Source: Cyanidioschyzon merolae (Eukaryota). Taken from it: a stretch of DNA of 64,000 bases. Positions 12,290 through 24,920 of this stretch are shown here, piece after piece. Numbering within the stretch: position 1 is the first letter of the stretch; the number at the start of each line of letters is the position of its first letter. Made by a program: the position numbers and the translations under genes. The notes beneath the pieces are model-generated. The model was not told where the DNA came from. It saw only the letters and a program-made list of their open reading frames with translations, and made no database searches. The stretch lies in NCBI GenBank assembly GCA_000091205.1, contig AP006484.2. One strand, 5' to 3'.

Positions 12290-12859
12290 ATGGGTATCGA
12301 TCTGCGCGCTGGCGGCCGAAGTAAGAGAAAACAGCGGGATGCGCCGCGCTCTCAGGATCCCTACCTGCAACTCTTGGTGCGTCTGTACGCGTTCCTTGCA
12401 CGGCGCACTGGGGCACCCTTCAACGCCGTCGTGTGGAAGCGGCTGTGCATGTCGCGGACGAACCGTCCGCCCATTTCGCTTTCTCGTCTCCTTCGGTATT
12501 ACGATGATTCAAAGCGTAAAGAGGGACGGATCGCTGTTGTCATTGGCAAGGTGCTTGACGACGAGCGAAAGCTACGTGTGCCGCCAAACATTCGACTCTG
12601 TGCGTTGCAGATCAGCGATACCGCACGGGCGCGCATTGAAGCGGCAGGAGGCCAGGTCATGACACTGGATCAGTTAGCGCTTGTAGCGCCTCGCGGAGAG
12701 AATACGATACTGATTCGAGGGCGTCTGCACCAGCGGCGCTGCTACAAACACTTTGTCGGCGTCACGGGCCGGGAGCACGTCCGGCCGTACACGCTCTCCA
12801 AGGGACGCAAGTTTGAACGCGCACGCGGACGCCGCAAGAGCCGCGGCTTCAAAGTATAA
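12290..12859 (+). CDS. RPL18: 60S ribosomal protein L18 (eL18)
   Basis: MGIDLRAGGRSKRKQRDAPRSQDPYLQLLVRLYAFLARRTGAPFNAVVWKRL... at typical eL18 length (189 aa). The track ORF starts upstream at 12212 in (TG)n-derived codons; 12290 is the ATG of MGIDL. Confidence 0.85.
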   Translation: MGIDLRAGGRSKRKQRDAPRSQDPYLQLLVRLYAFLARRTGAPFNAVVWKRLCMSRTNRPPISLSRLLRYYDDSKRKEGRIAVVIGKVLDDERKLRVPPNIRLCALQISDTARARIEAAGGQVMTLDQLALVAPRGENTILIRGRLHQRRCYKHFVGVTGREHVRPYTLSKGRKFERARGRRKSRGFKV

Positions 12860-12974
12860 ACCGCAGGCATCGACGCGCCGTCTCCAACGAAGCTGAACAC
12901 TGTGACGTGTGTTGCGAGCCACCAGCGCAGCGCGTAGGTCATGCGCCGGGCGGCTGCAGTACACAGCACTCTGT

Positions 12975-13992
12975 TTACAAAGACGATGTCTTTTGGCGTT
13001 GAATCTCGCGATCTAATTGGCGACGAAGCTGTAGGTAGAGTGTCGCGGAGCCGCTGCCGCCACCTGCTTGTACGCGGTCGTCACCAGGCTCTAGACGCCG
13101 AGTGCGCCGCGCCCCGCCACATTGGATGCTGGACGTGTGCGCTGGGTCAGTGCTGCCGCGAGCTGGCTGCTCAGCGACATGCTCGGCTTTTCGAATGCGA
13201 ATACCGGCGTATTGACCGCGACTGACGTGTGCGCGAGCTTGGGCATCGGCCTGGGCTTGTGCCTGTTGTACCACCCGCAGCGCTTGCTCGTAAACGACCT
13301 GCTGATCACGATCCGTCTCTCCCGCGATACGCGACTCATGCCGAGAACGGCCGCGCGACTTGGCCTCCCAGGCCGCAATCGAGTCCCGCAGGGCTGCCTC
13401 CTGGAGCCACTCGGTTGCACGCTGACGCTGCTCGGCTGTTTCACGCTTTCGACGCAGGCGACTGCGCACCAGTCGTTTAAGGCGATTTCGCCGCGTCCGA
13501 CGACTCGAACGCGACGCTTCCGTATCGCCCTGCTTGAGCCGTAGTGACGCATCGGTGTCGACACCAAGGCGCGAGGCCTGCTCACGGACTGGATCGCGAG
13601 CGACGCGCTGCTCCGCAAGCGCCGCCGCCTCCGCTCCCGGTACATCGCCACGACCCAAAACCATCCAAGGCGCTTCTCCGACAGCAACCGTTTGTGTCGC
13701 ATCGGATACCAGCTTTTGCGGTCGCAATGACCAGCCGTCCGCGACCGCGAATGACCTGGTTTCCAGTACTCGCTCTGCCACCTCAGTCTGTGTCGCGATT
13801 GCGGAAGCCAGCTCCCCGAACAACGCATCCACCTGTTGCTCTAGCGGATTCCGGGGCGATTTCGGCGTCTGCGTCGAGGCGCCACGCACGATGCCCTGCG
13901 CCCCGGCTGTGGCAGCGTCGCGGCCGGCGTAGAGTTCAGCGAGGCCCTGCGCTGAGCGCTCCTGCGATAGCTCGAATGCGCCAGCATCAGGC

Positions 13993-14023
<31 letters not shown>

Positions 14024-15836
14024 CCGCCGCCGAAGGCCGCACGCGCCGCTGCACATCATCGAACGCCTGATCAAGGACACGTTGCAGGACACGTCGTCGG
14101 ATGCTCGCCTCCGTGAGCACATGCGTGTCCGTGTCCTGTGACGTGTCCGTGTCTGAATCTGCAGCGCGATCCGAGATCGCCGCTTCATCGACGTGGTTGC
14201 CTGCGAGCGCTGCCTCGTAGGCGTGCGTGCGAATGCGCGGTCGACGCGCCACCGACAGATCAAAGTCTAGCTCGGCATCGAGGACGGAGTCTACGGGGCG
14301 CTCATGACCGGTAACTTCACCGCGAAGCTGCCAGGGCTTCTCCTCTAGGTTAAATTTCTCTAGTGAACGGGCTCGGGTTCGCAACAGCGCCTCGCACCGT
14401 TCAAACGCGGATGTTTGGGCGGGTTCAGGTGTTGTCACTGGTGTGCACGTGGACGTGTTATCCAGAGTTGGCGCCGCTGTTGAAAGCTTGTGTGCGTTGT
14501 GCTTGCTGTCGTGTCTATTCTCCGCCGGTTGCGACTTGGTATCCATTGTAGCGTTTGTATATTGGTTGCGCTTTCTGTGTGGAAATGATTGCTCGCGTGG
14601 CGATGCATCGGAGCGCAACGAGTCGGATGCCTCTGAGCCGAAAAACTGCTCGTAATAGACATCATCTTCCGGAGAAGCTGAGGATTCCAGTGTGCCTGAG
14701 TCATCATCTGTCCCGAACGAATCTAACGAGGCATCGTCTATGTTGTCGATACTTGCTGTTGGTGATTCCGCGCTTGACCATGACGCATCTGGTGTCTGCT
14801 CGATCCAGGGGTCCAACTGGGCCACATGCGACGGCAACGCTTCACTGCGATTGTTTGCGTTGGAGTGCTGCGGCAGGGACTGGGCCTCGGAACCGGAGGC
14901 AGATGCACCGGCGGTGTTCGCTTCAGGCGCTGCAACATTGTGCGCCGATTCAATGGCGTTATCGCAGGTATCGCTATGACCTGGGCCTTTTTCATTCGAT
15001 TCGTCAGAGAGCAGGCAGTCTGGTGCCGATTCATCCGCTACGGACGCCGCGTTCGTACTCAGGGCGCGTCTCTTCACCGACGCAGCAGCATCTGACGCAA
15101 GCGAGTTTAACTCCATATCCGCACTCGTATGGCCAAACTTGCGTAGCGCTTCGTGGCCGACGTTCGCACCAAAGTCGCCACACGCTGCTTCATCCATTTC
15201 GTCCCGCTCACTGGAGTCTGAGGTCGACGAACCAGCATCATACATGGTATCGCACGCCTCCAGCATCGCATGCCCGATGATAAATTCATCATTGTCATTT
15301 TCATCGTCATCGTCATCGAAGAAAAAGTTTGGCGACATGCAGCCAACCTCCTCGTCTTGGTCCCGAACAAATTCCCGCGTTTCATTGCGCTCGTCATCGA
15401 AGCGTACCCGCTTCAGTGTCCCGTTATCCTGGCTCGGCGCTGTGTCCGCGGTAGAAGCAACCTCTATACATTGAGCGCTTCCGCCGCCCGTTGCAAACTC
15501 ACTTTCTATTCGCTCAAGCGTTTTCCTCGCAGCTGCACATAACGATCGGTTTCGTGTTTCGAGTTCGGCCCAAACTTGCTCGAGATCGAAACCGGCGATG
15601 CTCAATCGCTTGAGTTCGCCGAGCGTTGATCGCAAAGCCGCTGCGCGCCTTCCCAGGCATCGCCGCTTCGTTTGCCACTCAAGCGTCTTCGCAGCCGAGT
15701 CAAACAGCAGCTTACACAAGATACGGAGTTCCGAGGCCCCGCTCGGTTCCGCAACTCGTCCGGGGTCCGTTTGCGCTGCCTCCCAGGACAGCAGGCGAGC
15801 GTGCCACTCGCGCAGTGCGGCTGCTGTTTCGTGCAT
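12975..15836 (-). CDS. Hypothetical protein, 953 aa, low-complexity, with acidic D/E runs, poly-Ala and a basic Arg-rich C-terminal segment
   Basis: Long uninterrupted ORF with an ATG at 15836. No recognisable catalytic motif. Contains the (GCA)n-encoded poly-Ala at 13993-14022. Could be a nucleolar or charged scaffold protein. Coding status rests on the length of the ORF in GC-rich DNA, which is weak evidence. Confidence 0.4.
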
Positions 15837-16534
15837 GCCAGTACGACACTTGGAACGCTCCTTGCTTTCGCCAAAATCGCCCGCAGTTCACGCCAAAATC
15901 AGTTCTGAAAACGAAGTTGATAACCTTGGCTTCCACCACTACAACTACAAAGACCACCGGTACCAGTACCGAGTTTGAGGCAGCTCGTCGTCAAGCGTCC
16001 TGTGTCAGCGCAAACAGGTTCATGAATGAACGCAGGGCGGACGCGTGCCGACGTCGACGCCTGCGCTTCCGCCGGTCAACGAGAGCTGTGCAAGCAGACC
16101 GGCCACAGGCGGCTCGGAAGCTGTCCATGCGACGCTGTGCTCGTATCGTTACGCGTTATTCAAGGTATCCAGGGAGCTCCGAGTCCGAGTTGTACATTGC
16201 CGTCAGGAAAAGCATACATCAATGAGCACCAGATCCTCGGGGTTTCAGCAGTCGGCACGACCCGGGCTTCGCTCGGGGCATGTACGTCCGTTCCGACAAG
16301 CCTCGGGGTGCCGAGTGCCTGTCGCGAATGCTTCCAACGATGCCTGTATCGTCGCTGCGGACACAGCGTCGAGACGAAACGACATTGTCGTACGCTTTGG
16401 GACGCATGGAACCTGAGCCTCTCGCTACGAGGTGCCGCTCAACGCATGACCAGAACTGAGGCAGCTGGAGCATATTCCCTCCGCATGGCAATGATGGTAT
16501 GGACCCTGGAATGAAGACTGCCGCAGAACCTCTG

Positions 16535-16571
16535 GTGTGTGTGTGGGTGTGTGTGTGTCTGTGTTTGTGTC
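16535..16571. repeat. (TG)n microsatellite
   Basis: Direct reading: tgtgtgtgtgtgggtgtgtgtgtgtctgtgtttgtg. Confidence 0.9.
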
Positions 16572-19500
16572 TATGGAGAGCCTGCATCAACGGCGTGCCG
16601 GATACGAAAGCGCTATAGGCGTGGAAGCTACCGCGCATGCTTACAGACCGTGCCTCGTAGAGAGGGTATGTTGTTGCGGCCTCTTTGGTTGCAGAGGGGC
16701 TCGTTCGTCGGCCTCGCAGGTTGATATCCGTACATCAGCATACGTTTCAAAGTTTACGTCGGAAACGGCACTGCTAGAAAGGTTTCTCTCTCGTGAAGAG
16801 CCGCAGGACTAGTACCGACACTGCAGCCTCTTCCCAGACTCCGGGGCCGCTGCGTACTCGAGCGGGTCCAGGAACTGTGCGCCGTTTTTGGAGACAACTG
16901 CGTCAGTGACTGGACACCAACTGGGAGCTGCTGAGAACATGCACTGAGTTGCAGCGTGCGCTGCTCAGCCTGCGCTGGACAGGCAGGCGACCTTGCTTCG
17001 ACGCTGCCGGCGCCTTCTCGAGGCCGCCTTCCAGGACATCTAGTGGACCGGCCTGCAGCATTAGCGTTGCTTTGAGGACACGTGTGTATGCAAGTATGCA
17101 CCAGCCAGTTGGAGCGCTGGTTCGCTGCTGATGGACGAAGGCTGCGCACTAGTCGCAGTTGTCACGCGGAAAGCTTTCATGAGCTTTCTCGCACGGCGCG
17201 CTCCGAAAGCCGCGTCATCATAGGCATCCATTCCGCGGATGCACCTGCCGAGGACACGATTCGGAAGCCAGCGTCGCCTTTGCGCTTGCTGATGCTGCTA
17301 ACTCTGCCGAGCAGTGTGCGATGTGGCATCGCTGCTTTCTGCAAACGAACCTAGAACGCATTCTACGCTGCATCGACGCCCGAGATGCATACTCGGAACC
17401 GCGCGCTCGCGAATACTTGATCTCTCTTGGTAGGTTCGTTACGAGACGCGAGGTCTTGTCTCTGGAGCAGGTCCATCTTGTGTTGCGCTCACGAGGCTAC
17501 CGAGCGGAAACTTCTGCGGATCGAGCGATTCCGCGGTGCTCGGTACCGTTTCCAGGCCTGTGCACCTCGGCCGCCACGCGCGGCAACTGGGACCTCTCGG
17601 ATGAGCGAATGCTAGCCCGGGGTATCGCTCTGGTTGCCGAGTTTCTCCAGCGTGTCGCTTTGCATCGCTGTCGGGTCGCTTACGTGAGCTACCTGTCGTT
17701 ACCCAGACCGATATCGAGCCCCGAGCCCGCGTCGAGTACGCTGCACCTCGAATGGATGCGCGTAAAGGTGCTGCGAAGTCGTCGTATCGCCAGGGCAGTG
17801 ACAGCAGCGATGCAGATAGGATTGCGCTATGCACGAAACCCGTGGATGCATACCTCGTCCGGTCTTGTATTCCCTAGCAGAGTGCTGTTCTGAAAGTGAT
17901 GCAACCTGGGTGTTAACGTGTCAGCGCTGAAGTACATAGCCTCATCGATGGCGCCTGATTTGCCGCATCGATCCCTGACCACCTGGGTCGCGGGCGTGCA
18001 GCGCCTCGTTCGACCAGATGCATATGCACCTTGAGACACAACAATATCGACAAACATGTACCGTGCGATTCACGAGCGGGACTTTGACATATTGCAGCGT
18101 CCCCGGTGCGCGGTCTGCGACAGCGGCATGCGGCATGTGAGCGCTACCGCTGGCGTCGCAAACGTGCCCGCCGAGAACCCGAAGCACAACTAGAGCCGCG
18201 TTGGATTAAAGTGGGACAGTGAACTGCTTGTTCTGTTCCTGTTATTCGATTCATTCACGGATTTTGTAGACGTACAGCCTCGACGCTCAAGCCAAGTCCC
18301 GCTGTAACGGCCTACGGATTCGAAAGCAATGCTGAAGACTCTCAGTCGTTTATTCGGAGTTGCTCCTTTGACGCCTCGCTGCTGGAGTTCCTTGCCCTAA
18401 TGGTATCAAAATGAACCGCGACGCTCTGGGACTAAAGTTCGTGAACCAATGGATACCATCATCGGTGCCGTGCGTTACGCATTCCCAAATGACGCATTCT
18501 GCATGTTTTCGATCCTTACGTTTCAAGGCAACTTGTGGGCACAGTCATTGGCCTCGCTAAATTGTCGCGGAGAAACGACTTGATGTCATTCGTTGGGAAA
18601 CTCTATGCGAGATCATCTCGCAAGTCCATTGAACTTGTTACGTCAAATCATCGATTCCGTTCCCAAGACACATCCTGTTTCGCACATCGCCATCGACGAC
18701 ACAATATTCAGCATCTGCATATTACATCGCATCGGAAACACCCCGAGAGGCTCATGTCTCTGCTATTTGCATGGAAACGGGTCCTGGACTCGGACTTGAG
18801 TCGTCCCAGCGATCGGTTCGGGTGGAGCATGCGTCACCGCCTTGCACGAAGGCAACGTGTGCTGATCGGGATATTTCGATGAGCTCTGTATCCTCGATTT
18901 ACCTACCGGTGCTTGTTTCATCATGGATAACATTGCGTTCAACAAAGTCTCTCTTGAATGGAGCGGCGTGCGCTTGCGACTGCAGCGGACTGCGTACTCG
19001 CCAAGAGCGTTGCACAGCAGAAGCGCATGATCATAGGGCAAGGCACCGCGCGCGCGAAATCGGAGGACGACATCCCAGTGAGCAGTTTTTCACATGTCTG
19101 GGGCATGCACCAATCCACGAAGCAAGCCGTGGAGCGCCAGAGGGCTGCACTCGGCGGGCAAAATGGGGTGTCCATAGAGGAGCACCTCAGCCCAGTCCGG
19201 TGTCACCGCTGGGATGAGCGCATCGATGCCATGCACATTGAAGATGAATACAGGAAGCGAAGCGTCGATCACGAATTCCGCCTGTCCATGACTTGCATTG
19301 ACTAGAACTTGAAGAGGCGAAATCAGTACATGAACGCTGCCACCAATATCCCAAGACGGCAGAAAATGGAGCCCGAGGGAAGCTGGACAACCATCGTACA
19401 CGCACCCAGAGGCCAGAATGAGGAATGGAAAGCAGTCGCAGCAGAACAAACCAGCAAGGTCTGGTGTTCATGTCAATCGGAAGAGACCCATTTTCTAGTC

Positions 19501-19841
19501 TGTACGCCGGAGTTTGCATAGTTGATCCGTTCCATTTCTTTCTGACATTAGTGCAGCGCTTTCGCGATACCGATGTGTACCAGCGGGAACGCGACGTTGA
19601 AGCCGAACGGAACGACATTGGAGAGCGTTCCCCAGGGACCAGTTTCCGAAAGCACATATCTGGCTCTAACCATGCGAGCATTCACCGACTAACCAATCTC
19701 CGTGTTTACCTTCGTTATACGGTGAAGAGACACTGCCTGCGAATGTTCAATTGACGCCGTCATGGATACCGTGAGAAATGATTCAAATCATGATACGGGG
19801 AATCACCATGGTTCGGTCAGACGTTGTGCTTGGACGCCCAT

Positions 19842-21626
19842 CTAGTAGTAGGATTCTCCTGGAATATCGTCCATGCCATCGTCGGCGCCTTTCTTGTCGT
19901 CCTTCTTTTCGGGAATCTCTACAACCAGCGCCTCGGTTGTAAGCACAAGGCCCGCCACACTTATCGCGTTTTCGATCGCACTGTTTGTCACTTTCACGGG
20001 ATCGAGGATACCCATTTCGATCATGTCGCCGTACTCTCCGGTAGCTGCATTGTATCCGTATCCAAAGGGTTTCCCGGCCACGTTTCCGAGCACGACCTCT
20101 CCCTCAAGACCGCAGTTCTCCGCGATCTGGACAAGTGGTGACTTGAGAGACCGCCGCAGCAGCTCCACTCCCAGTTGTGTGTCCTCGTCGCCGCCGACCT
20201 TGGCCTTGATCTCATCCATCTTCTGCATCATATAGACGAGCGTTGCCCCGCCGCCTGGAACAATACCCTCCTCGATCGCTGCTCGGCAGCTATTAATCGC
20301 ATCCTCGTACCGCAGCTTTTTGTCTTTGAGCTCGCTCTCGGTAGCGGCACCCACTCGAATTCGAGCGACACCTCCGCTGAGACGGGCAATGCGCTCATCG
20401 CACTTTTCGCGGTCGAACTGGGTGTCAGCGTCTTCTCGCTCCTTACGAATCTGCTTGATGCGCTCTCTTACCTCTGCCTCATGGGATCCATCCGAGATAA
20501 TTGTCGTCGTCTCCTTGCCGACGACGATACGCTCAGCGCGGCCAAAGTCCTTCTCAGTGACACCCTCTAGCGTCATACCAAGCTCACCGGCAACCACTGT
20601 GGCTCCAGTCACGATAGCGATGTCCTGCAGGTACGCCTTGCGCCGGTCACCAAACCCGGGCGCTTTGATCGCACAGACATCAAGAACGCCGCGCATCTTA
20701 TTGACCACCAGCGTTGAGAGCGCCTCGCCCGTTACATCGTCGGCGATAATGAGCAGGGGCTCTTTGTCTTTGACGCATTGCTCAAGAATTGGAATGATTT
20801 CGTTCACGTTCGAAATTTTCATATCAGTGATCAGGATTCGCGGCCTCTCTAGCGTGCAAGTCTGGCGATCCTGCTCCTTCACGAAATATGGCGACAGGTA
20901 ACCACGATCGATCTCCATGCCCTCGGAGAACTCGACATCGTCCGTGATCGTTTGCGACTCCTCCACAATCGTGCTGCCGTTCTCTCCAACTCGCTCAAAA
21001 GCCTGCGCAATGATACGCCCAAACTCCTCGCTATTGCCTGATGCAATCGTCGCGATTGCTTCAATGTCCTTGGGGCTCTTGATCGGCACTGCTAGTTTGC
21101 GGATCTCCGCGCGCAACAGCTGGCCTGCCTTGTCCAGACCGCGCTTCAGTGCAATGGGGTTCGCGCCAGACTCAACCAGCTTCAGACCCTGGTTAATGAT
21201 AGACTGAGCGAGCACTGTAGAGGTTGTGGTTCCGTCCCCGGCCCGCTGATCCGTCTTCGACGCCACCTCCTGAAGGAGGCGCGCACCCACGTTCTCCGTG
21301 GGATCCTCAAGAGAAATATCTCGCGCGATCGTCACCCCGTCGTTCACGACTTCAGGTGCACCGTACGAGCGCTCCAGAACGACATTACGCCCCTTTGGAC
21401 CCAACGTGATGCGTACCGCATCTGCAACTGCATTGATACCGCGAACAAGCCGACGACGAGACTCCTCGTGGAACACCACCTGCTTGGCAGCCATACTCAC
21501 AGACAGCACCGAAGAGCGCCCCGGCGTCGTCCTCCTTGACAGTTTCTGCCCCATCTGCAGACGACCTGACGCATCAAACCTTCCAACGAAGCCATTAGCG
21601 ACGAACATGCACTGCATTGGAACCAT
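19842..21626 (-). CDS. CPN60: Chaperonin 60 (GroEL family), plastid-type, with an N-terminal presequence
   Basis: AAKQVVFHEESRRRLVRGINAVADAVRITLGPKGRNVVLE, AGDGTTTSTVLAQ, GYLSPYFV, KAPGFGDRRKAYLQDIAIVTGATVV, GYGYNAATGEY (plastid Cpn60-like rather than mitochondrial GYDAMAGDF). The track start at 21692 is GTG. In-frame ATGs lie at 21626, 21617 and 21608. A ~45-aa R/S-rich leader precedes the mature domain. Confidence 0.85.
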   Translation of the reverse strand: MVPMQCMFVANGFVGRFDASGRLQMGQKLSRRTTPGRSSVLSVSMAAKQVVFHEESRRRLVRGINAVADAVRITLGPKGRNVVLERSYGAPEVVNDGVTIARDISLEDPTENVGARLLQEVASKTDQRAGDGTTTSTVLAQSIINQGLKLVESGANPIALKRGLDKAGQLLRAEIRKLAVPIKSPKDIEAIATIASGNSEEFGRIIAQAFERVGENGSTIVEESQTITDDVEFSEGMEIDRGYLSPYFVKEQDRQTCTLERPRILITDMKISNVNEIIPILEQCVKDKEPLLIIADDVTGEALSTLVVNKMRGVLDVCAIKAPGFGDRRKAYLQDIAIVTGATVVAGELGMTLEGVTEKDFGRAERIVVGKETTTIISDGSHEAEVRERIKQIRKEREDADTQFDREKCDERIARLSGGVARIRVGAATESELKDKKLRYEDAINSCRAAIEEGIVPGGGATLVYMMQKMDEIKAKVGGDEDTQLGVELLRRSLKSPLVQIAENCGLEGEVVLGNVAGKPFGYGYNAATGEYGDMIEMGILDPVKVTNSAIENAISVAGLVLTTEALVVEIPEKKDDKKGADDGMDDIPGESYY

Positions 21627-21744
21627 GAAAACTGGTAAAGCGCACTGGAAAAGAGCTCGCTTCGACGCTATCCCAATGCCTCGGACGCACACTCAGGAAT
21701 CACCAGATGCTATTGATGATGACGAAGTTGATCGAAGACGCCGT

Positions 21745-21780
<36 letters not shown>
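21745..21780. repeat. (CGG)12 trinucleotide repeat upstream of the Cpn60 start
   Basis: Direct reading: cggcggcgg x12. Generates spurious poly-Arg and poly-Gly ORFs in the track. Confidence 0.95.
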
Positions 21781-21781
<1 letters not shown>

Positions 21782-22084
21782 CACGCGCCATTGAGGCGCG
21801 CGCGCGATGTGCATCACGGATCGAGAAAGAAGCGGGTCGACGCCCGCTGTGGTACGGCAACGCCGCTCTGTTTCCGTGCAGCATCCGCACCGGCGCCTGA
21901 GGCGCCATGGCGGTCAATCAGGACAGGCACCCGGCACACGATAGAACGTATGAAACGACCAGAATATCCGAGAAGAAGTAAAGGTAATGGAATTTGGAAT
22001 CAGGGCGTGGATCGACGGATGCTTCACCGTGCACTGAAGAATACAAACAAAAGAAAAAGAGAGAAAAGTGCTCGATTAGAGAAC

Positions 22085-22660
22085 GCTGGCCTATTTTTCA
22101 GATGACAAATCGTTTACATTGACCATGGATCGCAGCATTCGGAATGGAGAATGGCTTTCGGGAAAGCGTCCATCATGAAGCACCTCCCTTCAAGTTCCAT
22201 TACCAGTACTTCTTCTTATCAGATATACAGGTCGTTTCGTATGTTGTGTCGTGCGCCGAGCCTGCCGAAAGCGACAGCAATAGCGCATATACCGCTGAAG
22301 CAGGTGCGACACGGAGACAGAACGGCTTTGCCATTACCAATGAAAGCGTCGACTCGAGGCGTGGTTCCTCCGACATAGGGTCGGAGCACATAGTAATTCT
22401 GGGAGCCTGCAAGCTGCCCAGACGGACGTGCAACCTGCGACAGCGCGAAGCGATATACTAGGAGTCCGCTGCGACCAGGGCGACGCCCGGGCGCAGCATA
22501 ACTGCGCTTATTCCCGGAAGGAACTGTGTTGAGGACGAGCTGTTCATGTCTCGCCACAGCACCCGCCACTGGGGGAGCACGAAGCACGAGCCCGGGACAC
22601 TCGTCCGGCTCGCGGGGCCTTCTACCTAGAAGGTAAACTTTCGAAGATACGGGAACTTTT
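22085..22660 (-). repeat. Copy A of a ~590-bp non-coding repeat family (minus orientation), left arm of the head-to-head inverted pair
   Basis: Reverse complement is near-identical to 23428-24015. The track shows identical 122-aa and 105-aa artefactual ORFs on opposite strands in both arms, with one substitution (H/Y). Confidence 0.85.
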
Positions 22661-23427
22661 CACCGTTCCAACGCTCATTATCAAGGTCAAAAGAAACTGT
22701 TATCTAGTTGCTGGTCAGTGTTTAGTTTCTGTTCTTTCTTCCCTAGGAGAATGCTCTCTGCTCGCGGCCTGGCACAACTGGAGGGCCCACCAGTCCGAGG
22801 ACTAGCCTTTGTTGCCGCTGTTTCTATGCAAAGCTCTGCCGCGCGCGCTCCTTCTCTCTTTCTCTCTCTACATTCTCCTGTCCGCGCCCTTGGCCAAAAC
22901 TCTGAAAAGATATCGCTCGCGTCACTCGTGTTCCTATGTAGGGTATATAGATACGCACTCACAGACGCCTCCGGGCCTTTCCTTGACGGGCCGCGTGCTA
23001 CCGGATTCAGCTTCTCCTCGTACACTACGAGCCTGTCATCGTTTTCTGCTGCTGCCTCCGGCCCTCCGTTCGTTGCGGCCAAGGTCCCTGTCATGGGCTT
23101 CCTTCCCCGTCGCTCGAACACCCCGAGTGAACCCACTTTCAGAGCTTCGCCGAAACAACTAGACCTCTCAGACGGGGGTGGTGTGTGTGGGGCTTTAAGA
23201 TACTTGCTCTTTAGTACACAGTCTGTGGCTAGTTTGTTTTGTTGTTTTTTTCTTTTGTGTTTGGGCAGGTGTCTCCGTCTTGATTGGCTGCGTATCGATG
23301 AATATCACGCGTCGTGTCTCATGCCTGCCTGATCTCCCAGGCGCGCTCACCAAGCGAACTATAGAATCACGTACAGAGACTCATGACTAACGCGCAACGA
23401 TATGAAAATTTCCCCCTCTGAGCTAAA

Positions 23428-24015
23428 CGTTAAAAAGAGGAAAAGCTTCCCGTATTTCAGAAAGTTTACCTTCTAGGTAGAAGGCCCCGCGAGCCGGACG
23501 AGTGTCCCGGGCTCGTGCTTCGTGCTCCCCCAGTGGCGGGTGCTGTGGCGAGACATGAACAGCTCGTCCTCAACACAGTTCCTTCCGGGAATAAGCGCAG
23601 TTATGCTGCGCCCGGGCGTCGCCCTGGTCGCAGTGGACTCCTAGTATATCGCTTCGCGCTGTCGCAGGTTGCACGTCCGTCTGGGCAGCTTGCAGGCTCC
23701 CAGAATTACTATGTACTCCGACCCTATGTCGGAGGAACCACGCCTCGAGTCGACGCTTTCATTGGTAATGGCAAAGCCGTTCTGTCTCCGTGTCGCACCT
23801 GCTTCAGCGGTATATGCGCTATTGCTGTCGCTTTCGGCAGGCTCGGCGCACGACACAACATACGAAACGACCTGTATATCTGATAAGAAGAAGTACTGGT
23901 AATGGAACTTGAAGGGAGGTGCTTCATGATGGACGCTTTCCCGAAAGCCATTCTCCATTCCGAATGCTGCGATCCATGGTCAATGTAAACGTTTTGTCAT
24001 CTGAATAATCAGGTG
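23428..24015 (+). repeat. Copy B of the ~590-bp repeat family (plus orientation), right arm of the inverted pair
   Basis: Begins taaacgttaaaaagaggaaaagcttccc... and ends ...ggtcaatgtaaacgttttgtcatctgaataatc. The 5' end faces the 770-bp spacer, as does the 5' end of copy A. Confidence 0.85.
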
Positions 24016-24210
24016 CGCATCGGACACGTGCCTGTCACCTGTCCGCGCGCCGCAACGCCGGATCCGGATGCAGCGATACACGTCGCATAACCCGAGATGC
24101 GGGCGCTTATGCATCACTGCATACACGCATGACGGGCGTCCATGTAACACCGAACGCGCCTTTTTGTTCATTGTCTAGACGAGTTAAAAGGTTGATTATC
24201 CTGTGAATTG

Positions 24211-24888
24211 ATGACGTCGCAGACACTTGAGAACAGCGAGGACACCGAGAGCCGGCGGGTGGGAACGCTAGCCGACCGCGAGCTCGTTGCCGAGCTCATG
24301 TACCCGACCTCCGAAGAAAGCGCGTTCAGTTGTTTCCGGTGCGAAAACTGCGCAAGAACGGTGTGGGTGTGCCTTTGCGGCGCCGAAATAGTGCCCGGAA
24401 CGACACGGACGGAAGATCTTGTACCCTTACGTCGGGAAGGAGGGCGTTTGTCCCTGGTATCCTCGGGGTGGTCGGCTGCGAGTCAGTGTTCCACAGTCGG
24501 GTCGCCGTCGCTAAAAGCGCCTCCAACTCCAACAGCTGGCCATCGGGTGCCATCATGCGATCCTGTGCTGGATGTGAAGTACGCGGCAAGCAATGGACCG
24601 GTGCTCGGCGATGATGGAAAGACGGTGTTTTGCAGCATGGACTGTTATTGGAGTGCGTCGTTGGACCCAAATTGTCAGCGGATTCGCCTGGTTTACGAGA
24701 GAAAGGGCGCGCGCCCTAAGATTCTGGAACGTCGATGCGGTAAACCCGGCGGCACATTGGAGGCGGGAGCGCCTTGTCGTCCGACACGCGGGCGTCCGCC
24801 AACCGATGAGCGAGGAGCACCCGCCGCGTTGCTGCATCGCCGCCCCGATGCCATCGAGTGCAACGCGGGGGCGTCGTCACCGCAGCTG

Positions 24889-24920
<32 letters not shown>

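Noticed and set aside
21693-21917. Poly-Arg (RRRRRRRRRRRR) and poly-Gly ORFs
   Set aside because: Artefacts of translating the (CGG)12 tract.
23640-23900. U2-snRNA-like atatctgata and cttatcag strings, and a tRNA A-box-like tcgcagtgg, inside the repeat family
   Set aside because: No accompanying Sm site or branchpoint-recognition sequence and no B-box (GGTTCGANNCC). These are isolated short matches.
22144-23958. 122-aa and 105-aa ORFs present in both arms of the inverted repeat
   Set aside because: They are identical only because the arms are identical. The diverged copy C does not conserve either frame, and no motif is recognisable. Treated as non-coding.
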